Of a stretch of 49,436 nucleotides of DNA, positions 1 through 9,700 are shown in pieces. Position 1 is the stretch's first letter, and each line of letters opens with the position of its first letter. Where the stretch lies: assembly GCA_024181965.1 (NCBI GenBank), contig BQXS01010965.1, forward strand, positions 1 through 49,436, in the 5' to 3' direction. The notes beneath the pieces were generated by a model. That model did not search any database. It was not told where the DNA came from and worked only from the letters and a program-made list of their open reading frames with translations. Origin of the DNA: Aduncisulcus paluster (taxonomy: Eukaryota). Position numbers and translations under genes: made by a program.

Positions 1-280
1 GTGAAAATGCACCAAATTCATCAACTGATCCAAATAATCTCAAAGCTCGACACAAGAAAGAACACAAAGCAATGAAGAAGAGAGACGCAATCATACGAAG
101 GGGGACAAGAATAAATCCCAGGAGTAATTTAAATAAATGATACGGATAGAATACCTTCTTAGTTACGACTTCATGAAAAAAAGGGGCAAAAATTAACTTT
201 TCGCGTTCCCGGAAAGATTTTCTAGATTTCCATCCTGTCTTTTCAACAGGGGGGATATATCCAACACCAGTGGCAAACAT
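1..280 (-). CDS. 5' end of a probable lysophospholipid acyltransferase (LPCAT/LPEAT-like); runs off the window
   Basis: Not in the ORF track because it has no stop in the window. Manual translation from ATG at 280: MFATGVGYIPPVEKTGWKSRKSFREREKLIFAPFFHEVVTKKVFYPYHLFKLLLGFILVPLRMIASLFFIALCSFLCRALRLFG. The PF.HE...hydrophobic-PLR-TM pattern resembles LPCAT/LPEAT N-termini. The catalytic domain is not visible. Confidence 0.5.
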   Translation of the reverse strand, partial: MFATGVGYIPPVEKTGWKSRKSFREREKLIFAPFFHEVVTKKVFYPYHLFKLLLGFILVPLRMIASLFFIALCSFLCRALRLFGSVDEFGAFS

Positions 281-502
281 TGATCGATATATATCCAGAA
301 TGAATAATAAAATAATATGGGTCTGTTGGAAACAAAGCAAATTCTCGATTGGTTCAAAAAAGCTCCATTTGGGTTCCTTATTCAGAAAAGAATAAGGAAA
401 GAAGGATAAAAACAGCCATTAATATATATTTGTTTTTTTTTGAAGGATTTATATCACTCCTATACGAATTTGTTTTAAAACTCCTTGTTTCTGTGAGATT
501 GA

Positions 503-1672
503 ATGTCATCACACCATATTGATATTGATGTTTTGAAACAACGAATGAAATCTCTCCAAATTGGGATTAAAGACGCTCTATTAAGTCCAAATTACTCTCT
601 CTCTTCTCAATTATTAATCACCCCACATGAAGCTTCAAAACTTAAGCAAGCTCTTGCCACAGAACATTATGATGAATTATATCATCCAGCATCCACAATT
701 ATTCCTCATAAAATACCAATCCAATCCCCCATTCTCCTTCGTCTTTTGAATGGTGGATTAGCAGTCGGAAAAATAACTGAACTTGTTGGAGTTGCTGGAA
801 GTGGAAAATCGAATTTAGCAGCGTATATTGCATCTTCTGTTGTTCTTAGTGGAGGAGCTGCCGTTGTTATAACCACTGAGGGAGCTGCCGCCTTTCCATT
901 TCAGAGGATGCGACCAGCCGTATCTCATGCCGAACCAGCGCTTCTTCCACCAGATAGTGTATCTCGTGTATCCTTTATTCAGGCTCTGAACGAACGTGAT
1001 CTTACCACAGCAGCAGAGCATACAGAAAGTTGGTTGGCTCAACAAACAGCTCCACGGAGAATTGTTGTTGTTGACTCAATTGCTGCCCCATATCGTTCTG
1101 AATATGGTCGAGATGCATACACTAGAGCCGTAGCCATGTCTCAGTTCTTAACTCCTCTCCTATCATCAATCCAGAAACATAATGCGGCATTATTAGTGTG
1201 TAATCAAGTAAGAGATGTTATTCACGATGAGCATAAAGATATTCGATTTGCTGCGTGTCCATACACACCACTTATTAGTTACTCTTCATCCCTTCCCTTC
1301 ATTACAACATCCGAGCAAACCCTACCTCATATTTTCCATCTCTCTGATTGTTTAAGTATCTGTACAACTCGAAGAGGAGCATCTCAGAGTGAAACATGGG
1401 CCAAGCGAAGCGAGGGTCCTCAGGGTACAGAAAATCCCCAAACGACCATAGAATCTCATTTTTCAGACACTTCAAGTGTTGGAACGGTTACTCCCGTTCT
1501 TGGAATATCGTGGCAAAAGAGGGTGAGTGCTAGAATTTGGGTGTATCGCCCCCAAAGATCATCCGGAAGGAGAGTTGAAGTTATGTACAATCAGCATGGT
1601 CCAAAAGCTAGGGTAGATTTTACTTTACATGGCTCAGATATATCATTTAACAACCTAGAGGTCGAAGTATAG
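503..1672 (+). CDS. RAD51 paralogue (XRCC3/RAD51B/C-like RecA-fold ATPase)
   Basis: LLNGGL..GKITELVGVAGSGKS (Walker A), ITTEG..FP.QR, IVVVDSIAAPYR (Walker B), LLVCNQV, and C-terminal P.LG.SW...V..RI typical of RAD51 paralogues. Confidence 0.85.
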   Translation: MSSHHIDIDVLKQRMKSLQIGIKDALLSPNYSLSSQLLITPHEASKLKQALATEHYDELYHPASTIIPHKIPIQSPILLRLLNGGLAVGKITELVGVAGSGKSNLAAYIASSVVLSGGAAVVITTEGAAAFPFQRMRPAVSHAEPALLPPDSVSRVSFIQALNERDLTTAAEHTESWLAQQTAPRRIVVVDSIAAPYRSEYGRDAYTRAVAMSQFLTPLLSSIQKHNAALLVCNQVRDVIHDEHKDIRFAACPYTPLISYSSSLPFITTSEQTLPHIFHLSDCLSICTTRRGASQSETWAKRSEGPQGTENPQTTIESHFSDTSSVGTVTPVLGISWQKRVSARIWVYRPQRSSGRRVEVMYNQHGPKARVDFTLHGSDISFNNLEVEV

Positions 1673-2035
1673 ATATCATGCAGTCTGAATTAAGCTATTC
1701 CAGCAATCAAAAATAGATCTAATAGTGAATCTTTCCAAAATATCATAGGATGATTAAATGGGCAAATAATACGATAAATATTTTAATCCAATTGTTGATT
1801 AATGGAAGCAAGATTATCCGATAAGAAGAGAAATACTTCGAGAATAATCGCGGTGGATTCAAAGCTAGATAAGCATAATTCCCAAATGAATGCACATTTC
1901 AGTATTGAATGTCAACAATTGACTCAAACGTATGCACTGGGGTCCTCCTTTGAGGGACAATCAATATACTCATTATGAGTGAGAGGGGACCTCATTGGAA
2001 AGCCTTTGTTGAAAAGCCCTTGTTGAGAGTAAAGC

Positions 2036-2453
2036 TCATAAACCTTGTCCTTCCAATTCAATTTGAAGCTCGACAACAATTTGCCAATCGGCCTCAAATT
2101 TTGGATCTTGGACGACTCTTCGAAATATTTGAAGAGCTTCCATTTTATCACCACAGTGTATCAGAGCATAACCGAGAAGTTCTTCACCTATGACTTCACA
2201 ATCACTCCTATCAATATATAATGATAAGATAATAGCGGCTTTCTTATATTTGCTAGCTTTATATAGAGTTTTCCCGAACTACAATATGATTGTTAATTAT
2301 CTGAAGAAAACAACAAATCAATAAAACATAAAAACATACTTCGAGTAATTCTTTTGTTGTAGGAATGGACCCAATACGTTTTTTCAGCCATTCAAGAACC
2401 TGCTGTTGTGATAAGGATTCAGAGAACGTAAAGTCATCAGCCTTGAGAGTCAT
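2036..2453 (-). CDS. Small spliced TPR-like helical protein (118 aa)
   Basis: Exon 1 is 2453-2340 (MTLK...KELLE). Intron 2339-2279 is GTATGT...TTAAC..TTGTAG (61 nt, phase 0). Exon 2 (2278-2036) reads FGKTLYKASKYKKAAIILSLYIDRSDCEVIGEELLGYALIHCGDKMEALQIFRRVVQDPKFEADWQIVVELQIELEGQGL*, with TPR-like LG..L...G...EA...F spacing. Confidence 0.7.
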
Positions 2454-2639
2454 TTCTTAAAAATAATGTAAATTATGAAAAGAGATAGTAATAAATAAGG
2501 ATAATCTATTTATCCTTCAAAAGTTACCTTGGAAAGTCAAAAACCGAAACTTTCAATTTGAATTCGGTAATGGGGTTGTGTTCGCCGTCAGCCGAAACAG
2601 GAATCTAAGAGCAGAAGGTTTTGGTCACAAAAACATTAA

Positions 2640-3290
2640 ATGGACGAATTTGCTTCGTATTTTGATTCTTATGAACATTCTTCCCATAAACTAGCGGACC
2701 TCCTTCGTGATTTGCCTTATGCTCCCGACAAAGTCACAATATCGGAAAAAATTGAAATAGGTAAAAAAATATTGTCGGACATGGATAAATGGATATCATG
2801 TATGACGCATGGAATGATTGGGATTCCAATGAGCCAACGTGAAGAAGCTGAGAGGAAAATACGTCAGTGTAAATCTAATATCTCTCAACTTAGAAGCCAA
2901 TTAAACAAGATTGAATTGAAGGGATCTTCCACGACTGAATTTGATGGAGGTATTGCTGAGGAAGCCTTTCTTTCCCCAATTGACAGAGAAGGCCAACTTG
3001 GTCAGTCTGTCCTCAGAAGAACAGATCAACATTTGGATGAAGCTGAAAGATTAATATCAGAAGTTGAAGATCTTGGTGGTGCAGTCATGGCTGATATGCA
3101 TGATCAACGCCAAAAAATGTATGGTATTAGAGAAAAGAATAGAAATGTCGATCAACAGGTTGATAAGGGTAAAAAATTGAGAATGACAATGGCACAACGT
3201 ATGAAATGTCAGAAAATAGCTCTCTATGTCATTTTAGCTCTTTGTATCTGTGCTGTAATTGGCTTGATCGTTTGGCTAGCATCAAAGTAA
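2640..3290 (+). CDS. VTI1: Qb-SNARE, VTI1 family
   Basis: N-terminal helical bundle (F.SY...), SNARE motif L.RT...L..A.R...E.E..G..V..D...QR, and C-terminal TM helix ALYVILALCICAVIGLIVWLA. Confidence 0.85.
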   Translation: MDEFASYFDSYEHSSHKLADLLRDLPYAPDKVTISEKIEIGKKILSDMDKWISCMTHGMIGIPMSQREEAERKIRQCKSNISQLRSQLNKIELKGSSTTEFDGGIAEEAFLSPIDREGQLGQSVLRRTDQHLDEAERLISEVEDLGGAVMADMHDQRQKMYGIREKNRNVDQQVDKGKKLRMTMAQRMKCQKIALYVILALCICAVIGLIVWLASK

Positions 3291-3552
3291 TAATCCAACT
3301 CTCCCCCAATTTCGTTGCACATAACATCTAGGCGTATTTTTATCAAAAATCTTTGTATTTTGGTGGAAGATTCAAGATGTGTGTGTAATCTGGATTAGAT
3401 ATATATATTTTAAAAAACTACTTTTGTTTCAAATTGTTGGCAGTATTTTTCATAATAATTATGCTCTTTTTCGTTATAATAAAAAATTGCTTCCTACTTT
3501 TTTCTTCAAACGGCTTTTTTTTTCGCATTACGACTTTCCTGCGGTAACCAGA

Positions 3553-6492
3553 ATGCCACCAGGGTATGAATTCGATTTTGATAATGATGAATTGGATTCT
3601 TCTTCCTCAGATTCCATATTGGGGATGATTCGAGACACAAAATCGACAATGTCGCCTGGGGTTGTGAATTTAAAAGGAAATGTTGATATAGCACACTTAG
3701 AAAAACAAATTCCAAAATATGACTCTTATGATAACTTGAGGGAGTACCAACAAAATGGTGTTCAATGGATGTGGAATCTTTTTACAGGAAATTATTCCGA
3801 GCGTAATGATAAAATAAGAGGAGTGTTTCGTGATGAAATCACTTTCATTCCGAGCAAAGTAGATAAATTAGATTACAGAGGTGGTATTTTGGCAGATGAT
3901 ATGGGACTAGGAAAAACCATTCAAGTGAGTTATTTTCTCCGAGCTGCATTCAAGACCAAAGGGGCTAAGAATTGTCTAATAATCTGTCCAAAGAGTATTA
4001 TGGGCAATTGGCAAAAAGAATTGTTGATATGGTGTCCTGAAGCCCATAGTCATTTGTTCCATCAAGAATCTTTTAAAGGATCTGGTGGCTTACAATCTCT
4101 TTTGGATTTGGCCAAAACAGAGAGAAACACCGTCTTATTGACAACGTATGCAACGATGTACCGACATGTCCTCCCTGAAAAACCAGGTACTGCCGATCTG
4201 ACTTCTATTGATTGGGATATAATTGTTGCTGACGAGGCGACTGCTGTGAAGAACAGAAGCACAAAATCATTTAGGAACTTAATTAAAATTGATGGCGATT
4301 TTAAACTAGCTCTAAGTGGAACACCTGTCCAGAATAGAATTCTTGAGATTTGGCCACTTGTCAATTGGATTAGCAAAGGTACTCGTCTAAGCAATGAAAG
4401 TAAGTTCAAAATGATGATATCAGACCCCATCACAGTGTCAAGGATGAAGGATGCCACAGAAATGGAACTGAAGGCCGGTCAATTTGCCCGTGAACAACTA
4501 CAATATATTATAGATCCAATATTACTGCGAAGAGAGAAATCTATTCTTAAGATGACAGCAAAGAAGATTGATTTCGTTGTATGGCTTCCTCCTACAGAAC
4601 GACAGACTGCCCTCTATAACGCTATGGTTCAATCCCCAAATGTTAATGCCAAGCTTGAGGAAGCAGAGTCAGCCGTTGATATCCTCCCGCTCATCATGAT
4701 CTTTAGAAAGGCAGCCCATTCTCTGACTCTCCTCAAGAAAAGCGACTGCTCCATGATAGCTCAATATATGTTGAATTATGGAAAGTCTCCCGAAGATCTC
4801 AAACTCCCAAAGATTGCCGGAATACCATCAAAATATACCCCGTCGTCGGTTTCAAAGGCGGCAGATATGATATTTAATTGTCTCCAAGAAGAGGATGAAC
4901 ATGGATGTAAAATAGATTTCATTATGAATCTTCTGAATGATTTTTTTTATGGATATGACGATGAAAAGCTTGAAAAATCAAAGAAAAAGTCTACCATGAC
5001 AAAGATGAGTCCCATTCCCATTTCAAAAGACTTTAAGGATCCCTCAGTGATTAGTCATACTCCTCTACGACCCATGTCATCCTCTGAAGGAGTGAAGACA
5101 TCCCAACCACTCTCCAGACATGAAAATATCCCCTCCTCTTCCCACTCTTCAGGGTCTTCCTCTCCTCAATATGATATTGTTGATGTGGAGACAATCGACA
5201 GCTCTCCTGCCATCCCAAAGACACCCCGTTCAACGTTTCCCAATAGTTCCATTGATCAGGCCTTACTTAAGGAGAAGAGGAGATTCAGCTCTGAGTACGA
5301 AGATATTCCCATTGATATTCATGATGTGGGAGATAAATCAGGGTTCTACTCCTCTGCCCGTTCATTTTCAGACCCAGTTTCCATGCCCCCGGATAGAAAT
5401 GTATCAACTTCGAGTGGGTTTACTGTTAGTGGATGCGGGGAGATCCCAGTCCATAAAGTAATCATTTTCAGCCGTTTTCTTAAGATCCTTGACAAGCTTG
5501 AATATCAAATCTCCCATTTGTATGGTTATGTCAGGATCGACGGATCCACTCCACCCGAAACCAGGCAAGACCTGGTCGATCATTTTAATGAAAACCCAAC
5601 TTGCTTCGTGTTTTTATGTTCCACGGAAGTTGGTGGCTATGGACTCACGCTCACGGCCGCAGATAGAGTTATTCTCACTGAAAGTGCCTGGAATCCAATG
5701 TCTGAGCAACAGGCCATAGATAGAGCCTATAGATTCGGACAGACGAAAGATGTTGTTGCATATAGGCTTATTACATGTGGGACAATTGAGGAGCGAATGT
5801 TTATTTATCAAATGTTTAAGGTTGGTTTGAGTGATGCTGTGCTTGAAAAGGGGAGCAGTATGCACAGGTTCTTTGAAAAGGAGGAATTGGGTGTGCATCT
5901 ATTCAAGACAATTGAGGATAGACATACATGCAGAGTAGCCAATCTTATTAGTGAAGTCTGTGAGCCCGTGTGTGAAACATTATTGCAACTTGATAAAGAG
6001 AAAGAGGAAGAGGCAGAGAAAGACTCCCTGCATTCCAAGGGTAGTGGAAGTCGCTTCTCTCTCTATCAGCATGCAACACATTTGCTTGAAAATACAAATG
6101 CTCTCGACCTTTCCCTATTCTCTTCAATCCAAAATGCCCGCGAAGACCTCGTTCAGTGGATTGATATGGAACAAGGAGAGGTTCGAAAAGAGTGGGAAAT
6201 GGAATGGAAGAGAAGAGCGACGACAGCCAATTCCATTGGTCCAGAGTTAACAGATACGAGAAGTGTTGATCTATCAATGCTGTCTGGGGATGCCATATCT
6301 GCACTATCCGGATCAGCTTCTCTCACATCGCCGGAAGTCAGAATTGGACCTTCCCCAGGACCAATCAGACTTGGAAGATTACCATCGTATGAATTTCTTT
6401 CTCAACTCGAACATTTACCAAGAAATCAGAGAATTGAGCTGATGAGACAAAGGAGTAGAGAGTTGGCACGCTTGAAGAGAAAGGGGGGGTAA
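3553..6492 (+). CDS. SNF2-family DNA translocase, ERCC6L/PICH/RAD26-like
   Basis: Motifs LREYQ..GV.W, GGILADDMGLGKTIQ, DEA, LSGTPVQN, KVIIFS, RIDGS, GGYGLTLTAADRV and QAIDRAYRFGQ. The first ATG is at 3553; the track's GTG start at 3379 lies in AT-rich intergenic DNA. Confidence 0.85.
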   Translation: MPPGYEFDFDNDELDSSSSDSILGMIRDTKSTMSPGVVNLKGNVDIAHLEKQIPKYDSYDNLREYQQNGVQWMWNLFTGNYSERNDKIRGVFRDEITFIPSKVDKLDYRGGILADDMGLGKTIQVSYFLRAAFKTKGAKNCLIICPKSIMGNWQKELLIWCPEAHSHLFHQESFKGSGGLQSLLDLAKTERNTVLLTTYATMYRHVLPEKPGTADLTSIDWDIIVADEATAVKNRSTKSFRNLIKIDGDFKLALSGTPVQNRILEIWPLVNWISKGTRLSNESKFKMMISDPITVSRMKDATEMELKAGQFAREQLQYIIDPILLRREKSILKMTAKKIDFVVWLPPTERQTALYNAMVQSPNVNAKLEEAESAVDILPLIMIFRKAAHSLTLLKKSDCSMIAQYMLNYGKSPEDLKLPKIAGIPSKYTPSSVSKAADMIFNCLQEEDEHGCKIDFIMNLLNDFFYGYDDEKLEKSKKKSTMTKMSPIPISKDFKDPSVISHTPLRPMSSSEGVKTSQPLSRHENIPSSSHSSGSSSPQYDIVDVETIDSSPAIPKTPRSTFPNSSIDQALLKEKRRFSSEYEDIPIDIHDVGDKSGFYSSARSFSDPVSMPPDRNVSTSSGFTVSGCGEIPVHKVIIFSRFLKILDKLEYQISHLYGYVRIDGSTPPETRQDLVDHFNENPTCFVFLCSTEVGGYGLTLTAADRVILTESAWNPMSEQQAIDRAYRFGQTKDVVAYRLITCGTIEERMFIYQMFKVGLSDAVLEKGSSMHRFFEKEELGVHLFKTIEDRHTCRVANLISEVCEPVCETLLQLDKEKEEEAEKDSLHSKGSGSRFSLYQHATHLLENTNALDLSLFSSIQNAREDLVQWIDMEQGEVRKEWEMEWKRRATTANSIGPELTDTRSVDLSMLSGDAISALSGSASLTSPEVRIGPSPGPIRLGRLPSYEFLSQLEHLPRNQRIELMRQRSRELARLKRKGG

Positions 6493-6748
6493 AGTGTAGG
6501 ATTTGGATCAGATTACCGCATCTTCGTGGATTGTTTGTAATTTTTCAATTAACTTATCGATCCGCTCCTTCTAGGAGATACTGTGAGTATTTTGAAAGTA
6601 TGCAGGCTGTCTCTTTAGATTTTCAGGTCATTTTAAGGAACGAAATAAGATTATTTTATATTATAAATTTTAAATTATATCATAGATGATAATGAATATT
6701 CCCTTGAAGTAAAAAAAATAACAAATTCACTTTTTGTTCACATTTCGA

Positions 6749-9700
6749 ATGAGTGATGATAATGATACAACAATTAATGAAGCTTTTCCAACAATAGGGA
6801 TCGAATTTCCCTCAAATATCAAATATTTATTCTCATATCCTCTTGTTGGAACTTCATTCGGTACTCTCGAAGAATCTAGTGCTGTTCTTTCACAATCTCA
6901 ATCGAAAAGTTATTTAATTATTGTAGTATCGTCATTATTAAATATTTATGCACTTACTTATAATCCAAGAAGTGAATCGCCAAATGTAAAGCATTGTGGG
7001 AATATTGGAGACCAATTAAATGGAGCTAAACCCTCAATTTCCATGGAAGCCCCATTAAAAGTAATTTCTGAGACTTCAACGAAAGTATCTCATGGATCTT
7101 CCCTGCATTCTTCTCCTCTTCCTTCTATCAAAGGGAAGCCAAAACCTCCCACCATCATTTCCAAAGATATGAAGTGGAAAATTCGCTTTACATGTGCTTC
7201 ATGTCTTCCTTCTGCTTCATTACTAATATTTGGTCTGTCAAATGGATGGACCATTGTCTATAGCTATAAAGATGACCGAATTGTTAAAATAGTTAGTCTT
7301 CAAGGTTTAAATGATGCATCTATGCCATCAGGACCTTATCAAGATACAGCTTCATCATCATCAGCCGTATCATCATATCATATGCCAAAATCCATACGAA
7401 CGTCTCCCTCCGTGACATCTGTGGCTTCTTTTGTGTCCCAAGATGGAACTTCAATGTTATTAATTGGTTATAGTTCAGGTACCCTCGTATCTATTGATGT
7501 GGCAGCACCTACACCGTTTGATCTACTCTTTCGTCTTCGTCCATTTTCATCCTCTGTAATTTCTATGTATCCAATTCAAAAATTCTCTGAAGCAAGTGTT
7601 ATGGCCGCTCTAAAGCTTGGTGTGGGAAATGAGAAACATTCAAGAGCTATGGGTGACAGTTCCACCAAACTCCCGTATACCTCAATTGACTCCGTTGGTT
7701 ATGTTGTGGTTGCATCTTCAATGCGATTATGCATAATACCGATGAGCGAAGGACGTGTAGTCTCGACTTTTGCCCCTCAGCAAGGAACTATTGGGTGTTT
7801 TAGTATTGTTCCTCAAGTCGACAAAAAAGAGATCGCTCCGGTTTCTTCTGCTTTTTTAACTTCGGTTGCAACCGAATCAACCCCCACAGTTACTAAAACT
7901 GGAGATCGCGTAAAGAAATTGTCCTCAACTTCTTTGGGAGTTGATACTTGTTCCACTCAATCACTCTACGATTCTGCCATGACCGTCGTTATTGGACACA
8001 CTAATGGGAATCTAACCCTGTGTAAGATGTTCCATTGTCATATAGGATCGTGTGAATACACCCCCCCTCATACAAGGCTTGGTGGTAGAGTTACTTCCAT
8101 CGAGAGTTGTGTGTCATATATGAACGATCAGGAATATGCAATTATAATGAGTGTGACGGACACTGATGTTGCGCCTCTTGTCCATAGAATGTGTATTAGA
8201 CTGAAGTCTGTTGGAGACTGGGATATCCAGGGAAAGACGACAGAAATCGATCGTGGCCTTAGAAGCAGAGAGAAAGTCTGGGGGAAAAGACAACACTTTG
8301 TTCCATTTTCAGCCGTTTCAGCATCTGTTCCAACGGTTTCGTCTTTATTCCCTCTTCCTTCTCTTCGTCTCCTTCTCCCCCCGCTAAGCTTCCAATTTCA
8401 TCCTGCAGAGAAATATCTGCGATCGACCGAAGGATCTATTCCATTGTCACCATCAACCATTGGTCCTGCCCCATCTGTGTTTATTTATTCCAGTTTGAAC
8501 AACGTGAGTCTTGTTCGGGGGGTTGGAGAGGACATTTCTGAAAGGGGGGTTGATAAAAATTCAACGGGGCATAGAAACCAGAGGGAAAAAGAGAGGAAAG
8601 GAAGTACCATTGATCTGAAAGCAAGAGATGGGCTTCGTCATGAGGGATCAGATTTGAGTGCTCGGAAGAAAGTCCTTCCCACGGTTCAAAAGAATATGGC
8701 TCTGGAGGAAAGCATCGATGAGGCAATAGATACAACTCATATTCATAAAACTCCATCAACTCCTATTTCTCAAAGTCTAATTTTGGATACAATTCCATCT
8801 CTTCAACCTCCAGATGAAGCCACCCCTACTTCTGAAGAGAAAAAGGACCTTGATTTGGTTGAAATTCCAAAGTATGAAAGCCCTCCTGATATTTCTTCAT
8901 ATGTTCAACCAGCTGGTACTTTCCCACCAACTCCCCATTTTGCTCCTGGTTCCAAACTCCCTGATAACATCCCTGCCGACTCTGTTCTTTCTGCAACAAA
9001 CACTTCAATAACACCATCGAAGAAGCAATCAAAGGTTGAGGCTGTATCTCATGCTTTGACTCAATTGCTAGAAACTAAGGCTGATGATGTTTCAGACCGT
9101 CAGTCTTTCTATAGAGGGATTCGAGGGCATCGAACCACTGATTTGTCCGATATTGCTTTCTCTCCGTTCGTTGTTCCTGGCGATTCGAGGAGAATGAGTT
9201 ATCTCCGTGAATCTGAGGGCAGAGTTCTGTTATCTCCAAAAGAGAGTGCATATTCAAGTTTTTATGCACAAGGGAAATATCCAACCTTCTCCCCTAATTA
9301 TAAACCATTGAATCAGCCTGTTCGCAGTTCAAATCCTTTCCGGCGTTCCTCTTTCCTCGATTCAAACGTTCACATTCCCCCATCTGCCATCGCTCATATT
9401 TTCTTGAAGGATTCTCAAGCCTCCTTTAATTCCACCAATCTCCAGAGAGTGTCACGATATCGGTTTCAAAGCCAGGATGATGCTCATAGGGAATATCAGC
9501 TTGCTTTGAGTGCTCTTATGTCTCATCAAACACAAGCTCTCAAAAGGATGCAAAACAAGAGATTGAAAAGGAAAATGGCGGCTTTGGGACTTGAACTCGG
9601 AACCATTGGATCTCCTTCCAAGGTTCGCCGGATTATGGAAGAGCGTGAAAGAAGAGATAAAACTCGGATTCAAGTCCGTGGAGGCGATCATGGACAAGGT

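Noticed and set aside
1922-2038. SECIS element enabling readthrough of the TGA at 2038-2036
   Set aside because: ATGA is present but lacks the opposing GA of the kink-turn quartet; no selenoprotein motif.
1924-2193. ORFs 1924-2154(-) and 1975-2193(+) as genes
   Set aside because: They are alternative frames of the spliced TPR-like exon 2.
3379-3552. GTG/TTG-started N-terminal extensions in the ORF track (also 22368, 23583, 34027, 43169)
   Set aside because: Eukaryotic locus; extensions are AT-rich intergenic translations or are explained by splicing.
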